From NCBI GenBank assembly GCA_038251625.1, contig JBBSBE010000007.1:992-64991 (forward strand): a stretch of DNA of 64,000 bases, in the 5' to 3' direction. The notes below the pieces were generated by a model that made no database searches, was not told the origin of the DNA, and worked only from the letters and a program-made list of their open reading frames with translations. The stretch comes from Rhodobacterales bacterium (lineage in GTDB: Bacteria; Pseudomonadota; Alphaproteobacteria; Rhodobacterales; Rhodobacteraceae). This document shows, piece after piece, positions 58,713 to 64,000 of the stretch. Position 1 is the first letter of the stretch. Each line of letters begins with the position of its first letter. Made by a program: the position numbers and the translations under genes.

Positions 58713-60652
58713 TCCTCCAGCACGATCAGCGCCGCCCCCGCCTCCACCTGCGCGCCTGCGGTGACCAGCACCTCTGCCACCACCCCATCGCGCGCGGCCA
58801 CCAGCACATGCTCCATCTTCATCGCCTCAAGCACGGCCAACCGGTCCCCCGCCAACACCGACTGCCCCGCAGTCACGGCAACCTCGCGGACCAGCCCCGG
58901 CATGGGTGAGCGCGTCACATTGCCCGCAACACCTGCGGCCGCTGCCCGCGCCAGCGGATCGACGCGCGCAAAGCTGGCCAAACGCCCGGGCGAAAAGACG
59001 TGGATCGCCCTGCCCACCTCCACCACCGCCAGCGCGCGCTGACCATCGACCCGCCAGCCACCTGCATCGCGGCTGGCCTGGGTCGCAGCCCCTCCGGTCG
59101 TCACGTTCGCGCGATCCGGGCCATCAAGCGCGATGGCGGCCGTTTCGACCACCCCGCCCCGCTCCAACGTCACGACATGCCGAAGCGGCGCCCAAAGCGC
59201 AAAGCCTGCAAGCGGCCCCTCGGGAAGGGACGCGGCTTGCAGAAACGCCGTGGCTGTCATGGCCGCATCCAACGCGTCGGGCACCCTCACGGCAGTCAGC
59301 GCGCCCAGATCGCGCGCGATCAAGCCGGTATCCACCGCGCCCGTGGCAAACCCTGCGTGTCGCGCCAGCGCGCCAAGAAAGGCGAGGTTCGTCACCGTCC
59401 CGGCCACCTGCGTCTGGTCAAGCGCCATCGCCAACCGGTTCAGCGCAATCGCCCGCGTCGCCCCGTGCACGATCACCTTGGCGATCATCGGATCGTACCA
59501 GGGGCTGATCGTATCGCCTGCCCGCACGCCTGTATCGGCGCGGGCGCCTTCGGGGAAGGAAAGATGGTCAAGCGTACCCGTCGCGGGCAGAAATCCCGCC
59601 GGCACATCCTCGGCGTAAAGCCGCGCCTCGAAAGCGTGGCCATGGATCGCCAGATCTTCCTGCCGCTTCGGCAAGGGCTCACCCGCCGCCACGCGCAACT
59701 GCCACTCGACCAGATCGACGCCCGTGATCGCCTCGGTCACCGGATGCTCCACCTGAAGCCGCGTGTTCATCTCCATGAACCAGAACCCGTCGGGCCGCAG
59801 GCCGCGCGCGCCATCGACGATGAACTCGATCGTCCCGGCCCCCTTGTATCCGATGGCCTTTGCGGCCTTCACCGCCGCCGCCCCCATCGCCGCGCGCATC
59901 TCATCCGTCATTCCCGGGGCGGGCGCCTCCTCGATCACCTTCTGGTGGCGGCGCTGCAAAGAACAGTCCCGCTCGAACAGATGCACCGCATCCACCCCGT
60001 CGCCAAAGACCTGCATCTCGATATGGCGCGGCGTCTCGATGTATTTCTCGATCAGAACCGCCGCATTGCCAAAGGCCCCCCGCGCCTCGCCCTGCGCGCT
60101 TGCAAGCGCTGCGGCGAAATCCCGCGCCCGGTCCACCCGCCGCATCCCCTTGCCGCCGCCACCGGCAACGGCCTTGATAAGCACGGGCCAGCCGATCGCC
60201 TCTGCGGCGCCCGCCAGATGCTCGGGGTCCTGATTGTCGCCCTGCCAGCCCGGCACCACGGGCACGCCCGCCTCCGCCATCAGCCGTTTGGCCGCATCCT
60301 TCAGCCCCATCGCCCGGATCGCCGCCGCCGAAGGGCCGATGAACACCAGCCCCGCGTCCTCGACCGCCTCCACGAACTGCGGGTTCTCGCTCAGAAAGCC
60401 GTACCCCGGATGAATCGCCTCCGCGCCCGAGGCCAGCGCCGCGGCGATGATCGCATCGCTCCGCAGATAGCTGTCCTTCGGCGCAGGCCCGCCGATATGC
60501 ACCGCCGCATCCGCCATCGCCACATGCCGCGCTCCGGCATCGGCGTCGGAATAAACCGCCACCGCCTCCACCCCCATCCGGCGGCACGTCGCGATGATCC
60601 GGCAAGCGATCTCGCCCCGGTTGGCGATCAGAACCCTACGAAACACGCGCAT
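58709..60652 (-). CDS. liuD: Methylcrotonoyl-CoA carboxylase alpha subunit (biotin carboxylase + BCCP)
   Basis: 647-aa ORF with an N-terminal biotin carboxylase (VLIANRGEIACRII.., GGGGKGMR) and the C-terminal biotinyl motif LEAMKMEH. It is paired with an MCCB-type carboxyltransferase and the liu genes. Confidence 0.88.
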   Translation of the reverse strand: MRVFRRVLIANRGEIACRIIATCRRMGVEAVAVYSDADAGARHVAMADAAVHIGGPAPKDSYLRSDAIIAAALASGAEAIHPGYGFLSENPQFVEAVEDAGLVFIGPSAAAIRAMGLKDAAKRLMAEAGVPVVPGWQGDNQDPEHLAGAAEAIGWPVLIKAVAGGGGKGMRRVDRARDFAAALASAQGEARGAFGNAAVLIEKYIETPRHIEMQVFGDGVDAVHLFERDCSLQRRHQKVIEEAPAPGMTDEMRAAMGAAAVKAAKAIGYKGAGTIEFIVDGARGLRPDGFWFMEMNTRLQVEHPVTEAITGVDLVEWQLRVAAGEPLPKRQEDLAIHGHAFEARLYAEDVPAGFLPATGTLDHLSFPEGARADTGVRAGDTISPWYDPMIAKVIVHGATRAIALNRLAMALDQTQVAGTVTNLAFLGALARHAGFATGAVDTGLIARDLGALTAVRVPDALDAAMTATAFLQAASLPEGPLAGFALWAPLRHVVTLERGGVVETAAIALDGPDRANVTTGGAATQASRDAGGWRVDGQRALAVVEVGRAIHVFSPGRLASFARVDPLARAAAAGVAGNVTRSPMPGLVREVAVTAGQSVLAGDRLAVLEAMKMEHVLVAARDGVVAEVLVTAGAQVEAGAALIVLEE

Positions 60653-61010
60653 CCCCCTCGCGGTAACAGGCGATCATCCGAACCGCGCGGCCGTCGGCAT
60701 CCAGCTCCATCGTATCCGCCACCTCCACCCCGTTCTCGCGCCCATAAAGCAGCGTCATCGCATTCACCCCCACCCGCACGCCCAGATAGGTGAACCGAAG
60801 GTCCGGGTTCGTCATCCCCCGGGCGAAATACGCGCGCAGGTCGTCCTTGCCATGCAGCCACCCGTCTGCGCGTCCCAACCGCCGCACGACCAGCGGCGAA
60901 CAAAGGCTGATCCGGTCTGAATAGTGCCGAAGAACCGCCTCAAGGTCACGCCTGTTCCAGGCATCGCACCAGTCCCGTGCCTTCTCTTCTGCCGCCGCAA
61001 GCGTCAGCAT
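60636..61010 (-). CDS. SnoaL-like / NTF2-fold protein inserted in the liu cluster
   Basis: ORF 60636..61229 trimmed to ATG 61010 (MLTLAAAEEKARDWCDAWNRRDLEAVLRHYSDRISLCSP..). It overlaps the liuD start by 17 nt. Confidence 0.6.
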   Translation of the reverse strand: MLTLAAAEEKARDWCDAWNRRDLEAVLRHYSDRISLCSPLVVRRLGRADGWLHGKDDLRAYFARGMTNPDLRFTYLGVRVGVNAMTLLYGRENGVEVADTMELDADGRAVRMIACYREGDARVS

Positions 61011-61074
61011 GGCCCGGCTTCCGCCATTGCAGGGCGTTGCGCGCTGCCCCGGCCAATCCCAGTGCTGCACCCGT

Positions 61075-61485
61075 TCATCCCACCACCTCGACCACCCTGA
61101 ACCTCTCGCACACCAGATCCATTTCGGGGGCGAAACCGCCGTTGCGCGCGAAGTAACGTCGGTGTCCCTCTCGCCAGCCCTCCAGCGTCGCGTCCTCGCC
61201 TTCGGCAAGCGCAAATGCCTCATCCACATCGCAAAACCGCCGGATCGTGACCTCGACCGTCTCGATCACCACAGAGGGTCTGCCGTCCCAATCCAGCGCA
61301 ATATCCTGCCGCCCCACCACGGGCATCGGATCATGGCCCGCACCAAAATCGCGCAACGCCCCACACGTCGCCGTCTTCACCCCTGCCCGGACCAGCGCCA
61401 GCAACTCCGCCGACAGCGCTGCGCTGTCGCCAAACCTGAACGTCTCAGCCCCGGGATACCGCGCGCGCAGCGCCTCCAGCGTCAT
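61075..61485 (-). CDS. ASCH-domain protein
   Basis: ORF 61075..61749 trimmed to ATG 61485 (MTLEALRARYPGAETFRFGDSAALSAELLALVRAGVKTATCGAL..AFALAEGEDATLEGWREGHRRYF..), typical of the ASCH/PUA-like fold. Confidence 0.65.
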   Translation of the reverse strand: MTLEALRARYPGAETFRFGDSAALSAELLALVRAGVKTATCGALRDFGAGHDPMPVVGRQDIALDWDGRPSVVIETVEVTIRRFCDVDEAFALAEGEDATLEGWREGHRRYFARNGGFAPEMDLVCERFRVVEVVG

Positions 61486-61585
61486 CGCGCACCGGTCGCG
61501 CGCAGAAGGACGACATTTACGAAAAGGGGCAACATCCGCTCCTTCCCCGATTGACGACTTGCAAGCCGCGCTGCACTCTCCCCCC

Positions 61586-62074
61586 ATGTATTCCCGCCCG
61601 CTTCTGCCTGATGGCCAGCGCCCGCCCGACACCTTTTCCGGCGAGGGCTTTTTCGCGCGCCCGCTGCTTCTGGCCGATGCCGAGGCTGATTTCGAGGCGG
61701 TGATGGCCTCTGCCGCCCGCCTGCGCGGCGGGATGGACCCGGAAAGCACATGGCCCGATGGCCTGACCCTGCACGAAAACCGCGTCGATCTTGGCTGGCA
61801 CGAGCGGGAATTTACCCAAGGCCATTCCTACGCCTGGACGGTCGTTGCCCCGACCGGCACTCCGACCATCGGTTGCGCCTATCTCTACCCCTCCGACCGC
61901 GCGGGCCCCGACGCCATGGCCTTCTGGTGGCTGCGCCCCGAGGCCGATGCCGTGGGGCCCGAATTCGATGAAGCCTTCCGTGCGCTCTTGGCCGACCTGC
62001 CGCTCGTCACCGCGTTTCCGGGGCGCGACACAGGATGGGACGAATGGCGCGCGCGGCCAAAGGTGTTTCGCTGA
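61586..62074 (+). CDS. GNAT-like acetyltransferase-fold protein (opposite strand inside the liu cluster)
   Basis: ORF 61247..62074 trimmed to ATG 61586 (MYSRPLLPDGQRPPDTF..GFFARPLLLADAEADFEAVMAS..YAWTVVAPTG.PTIGCAYLYP..). This pattern is seen in small GNAT-family proteins. The assignment is tentative. Confidence 0.5.
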   Translation: MYSRPLLPDGQRPPDTFSGEGFFARPLLLADAEADFEAVMASAARLRGGMDPESTWPDGLTLHENRVDLGWHEREFTQGHSYAWTVVAPTGTPTIGCAYLYPSDRAGPDAMAFWWLRPEADAVGPEFDEAFRALLADLPLVTAFPGRDTGWDEWRARPKVFR

Positions 62075-62103
62075 TCGCTTGCCTGCGGGCGCTTCGGACA
62101 TGA

Positions 62104-63699
62104 TCACATCCGGAACACGCCAAAGCGCGTCTCCCCCACCGGCGCGTTCAGCGCCGCCGCCAAAGACAGCCCCAGCACACTCCGCGTTTTCCGCGGGTCC
62201 ACGATCCCGTCATCCCAAAGCCGCGCGCTGGCATAAAGGGGATGCGATTGCCGCTCGAACATCTCGACCGTGGGGCGCTTGAAGGCGGCTTCCTCTTGCG
62301 CCGTCCAGGCCTTTCCTGCCCGCTCGATCCCCTCGCGCTTCACGGTGGCCAGCACCCCGGCCGCCTGCTCGCCCCCCATCACCGAGATGCGGGAATTGGG
62401 CCAGGACCACAGGAACCGGGGCGAATAGGCCCGCCCCGCCATCCCGTAATTCCCCGCCCCGAACGAACCGCCCACCAGCATCGTGATCTTCGGCACGGCC
62501 GTCGTGGCCACGGCCGTCACCATCTTGGCCCCGTGCCGCGCGATCCCCTCGTTCTCGTACCGCCGCCCCACCATGAAGCCCGTGATGTTTTGCAGGAACA
62601 CGAGGGGGATTCCGCGCTGGCTGCAAAGCTCGATGAAATGCGCGCCTTTCACGGCAGCCTCGCTGAAAAGCACCCCGTTGTTCGCCACGATCCCCACGGG
62701 CATCCCCATCACATGGGCAAACCCCGTCACCAGCGTCTCGCCGAACCGCGCCTTGAACTCGTCAAGGCGGCTGCCGTCCACCACCCGGGCAATCACTTCG
62801 CGGATGTCATAAGGCGTGCGCAGGTCGGCCGGCACCACGCCAAGAATGTCCTCCGGGTCATAGGCAGGGTCTTCCCCCGCCATCCCCGGCGCCGCAGATA
62901 CATTCAGATGCCGCACCGCCTCGCGCGCCAGCGCCAGCGCATGGGCGTCATCTTCCGCCAGATAATCTGCCACGCCCGACAGCCGCGTGTGCACATCCCC
63001 GCCGCCCAGATCCTCTGCCGTCACCACCTCGCCCGTGGCCGCCTTCACCAAGGGTGGCCCGGCAAGGAAGATCGTCCCCTGATCCTTCACGATGATCGTC
63101 ACATCGCTCATCGCGGGAACGTAAGCCCCCCCGGCTGTGCAAGACCCCATCACCACCGCGATCTGCGCGATCCCCTTGGCGCTCATCTGCGCCTGATTGT
63201 AGAAAATCCGGCCAAAGTGATCGCGGTCGGGGAACACCTCATCCTGATTGGGCAGGTTCGCACCCCCCGAATCCACCAGGTAAATGCACGGCAACTGACA
63301 CTCCGCCGCAATCTCCTGCGCGCGCAGATGCTTCTTCACTGTCATCGGATAATAGGTGCCGCCCTTCACGGTGGCGTCGTTGCAGACAACCATGACGGCC
63401 CGCCCGTGGACGCGGCCCACACCGGCAATCACCCCGGCCCCCGGCGCTGCCCCGTCATACATCCCATGCGCCGCCGTGGCGCCAACCTCCAGAAACGCCG
63501 CGCCCGGATCCAAGAGCCCGGCCACCCGGTCCCGCGGCGCCATCTTGCCCCGCCCCACATGCCGCGCCAGCGCCGTCTCTCCGCCCCCTGCCGCCGCCAA
63601 AGCCGCCGCGTCGGTCACCGCCTGCAACGCATCCAGATGCGCCGCGCGGTTGGTGCGGAAGGTTTCCGAGCTGGGCAGCGCCATGGACAGCAGCTTCAT
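62104..63699 (-). CDS. liuB: Methylcrotonoyl-CoA carboxylase beta subunit (carboxyltransferase)
   Basis: 531-aa ORF with ..[26 protein letters not shown].. and ..[17 protein letters not shown].. blocks characteristic of MCCB. Confidence 0.9.
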   Translation of the reverse strand: MKLLSMALPSSETFRTNRAAHLDALQAVTDAAALAAAGGGETALARHVGRGKMAPRDRVAGLLDPGAAFLEVGATAAHGMYDGAAPGAGVIAGVGRVHGRAVMVVCNDATVKGGTYYPMTVKKHLRAQEIAAECQLPCIYLVDSGGANLPNQDEVFPDRDHFGRIFYNQAQMSAKGIAQIAVVMGSCTAGGAYVPAMSDVTIIVKDQGTIFLAGPPLVKAATGEVVTAEDLGGGDVHTRLSGVADYLAEDDAHALALAREAVRHLNVSAAPGMAGEDPAYDPEDILGVVPADLRTPYDIREVIARVVDGSRLDEFKARFGETLVTGFAHVMGMPVGIVANNGVLFSEAAVKGAHFIELCSQRGIPLVFLQNITGFMVGRRYENEGIARHGAKMVTAVATTAVPKITMLVGGSFGAGNYGMAGRAYSPRFLWSWPNSRISVMGGEQAAGVLATVKREGIERAGKAWTAQEEAAFKRPTVEMFERQSHPLYASARLWDDGIVDPRKTRSVLGLSLAAALNAPVGETRFGVFRM

Positions 63700-63742
63700 C
63701 GCCAGATCAGCCTGCGCTTGAGAAGCCTCATTTCCACGACCA

Positions 63743-64000
63743 TCAATACGCCTTCTCTTCGTACGCGAACCACAGCGCCCGCCGCCCGGTCAGATCCAGA
63801 AGACAGCGCAGATTTGCCGCACTCGTGCCAGACCCGCCGTTGTACTTTGCCATCGCATAGTCGCAAGACGCATCCCGGAACGCCATCCAGGCCTGCGTCG
63901 TCGTCCGCAGGGCCTCTGCCCGCGACAAAAGGCCATTGGCGCTGGCGTCATTTGCGGTGTCCTCCGCCTCGGCCTTGGCCAGAACCCGCGCCTCCGCGCT
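63743..64000 (-). CDS. DUF1311 (LprI-like, lysozyme-inhibitor fold) domain protein; 5' end outside the window
   Basis: Track ORF 63743..63928 begins at an internal TTG. The same frame stays open to 64000 (..[48 protein letters not shown]..). The QxAWxxxRDxxC motif is typical of DUF1311. Confidence 0.55.
   Translation of the reverse strand, partial: SAEARVLAKAEAEDTANDASANGLLSRAEALRTTTQAWMAFRDASCDYAMAKYNGGSGTSAANLRCLLDLTGRRALWFAYEEKAY

Noticed and set aside
59000-60793. 597-aa ORF antisense to the MCCase alpha subunit
   Set aside because: Shadow ORF in high-GC DNA. It has no motifs, and the opposite strand has biotin carboxylase and AMKM motifs.

Overview
64-kb, high-GC (about 65% by eye) alphaproteobacterial chromosomal segment. 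Gene content and order point to Rhodobacterales (Paracoccus/Rhodobacter-like). I saw no rRNA, tRNA, CRISPR array, transposase or integrase.

Layout:
- 1-5.2 kb: housekeeping genes. These are a partial NMT1-like binding protein, RidA, class II DAHP synthase, a GlxA-type regulator and a PQQ sugar dehydrogenase.
- 5.3-11.5 kb: a Liv/HAAT-type ABC importer. Its operon carries two extra secreted ORFs wedged between the core genes.
- 11.5-13.8 kb: envelope genes (ExoD, ArnT-like glycosyltransferase).
- 13.9-22.4 kb: dimethylglycine-dehydrogenase-like enzyme, MobA-like protein, surE-pcm-nlpD, and tatABC followed by a DUF815 ATPase.
- 22.5-31.8 kb: the most accessory-looking stretch. It holds a truncated YafY paralogue, a secreted ABM-like protein and a full YafY/WYL regulator. 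It also holds an orphan ABC ATPase behind an atypical SDR, a Hint-domain protein with Ser at the nucleophile position, SnoaL and prfC. Last is a translationally coupled pair made of an asparagine-synthetase-like PP-loop protein and an unknown protein.
- 31.9-36.8 kb: rhlE, then rnj-coaX-birA.
- 36.7-56.9 kb: a complete nuoA-N complex I operon on the minus strand, carrying about 14 non-nuo ORFs. One is a clearly lower-GC secreted Cys-rich ORF between nuoJ and nuoK. Another is a membrane protein that duplicates the C-terminal domain of NuoE.
- 57-63.7 kb: a leucine-catabolism (methylcrotonyl-CoA carboxylase / HMG-CoA lyase) cluster interrupted by three unrelated small genes.

The candidates I consider most worth follow-up as undescribed biology are the AsnB-like pair, the Hint protein, the low-GC nuoJ/nuoK insert with the general URF expansion of the nuo operon, and the secreted ORFs inside the ABC operon.

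Caveats:
- All family calls come from motif and sequence recognition by eye. No searches were run.
- Internal start codons were placed by counting residues from the ORF-track ends.
- Near 48.1-48.3 kb my manual position counting differed by 1 nt from the ORF track. I kept the ORF-track frames there.
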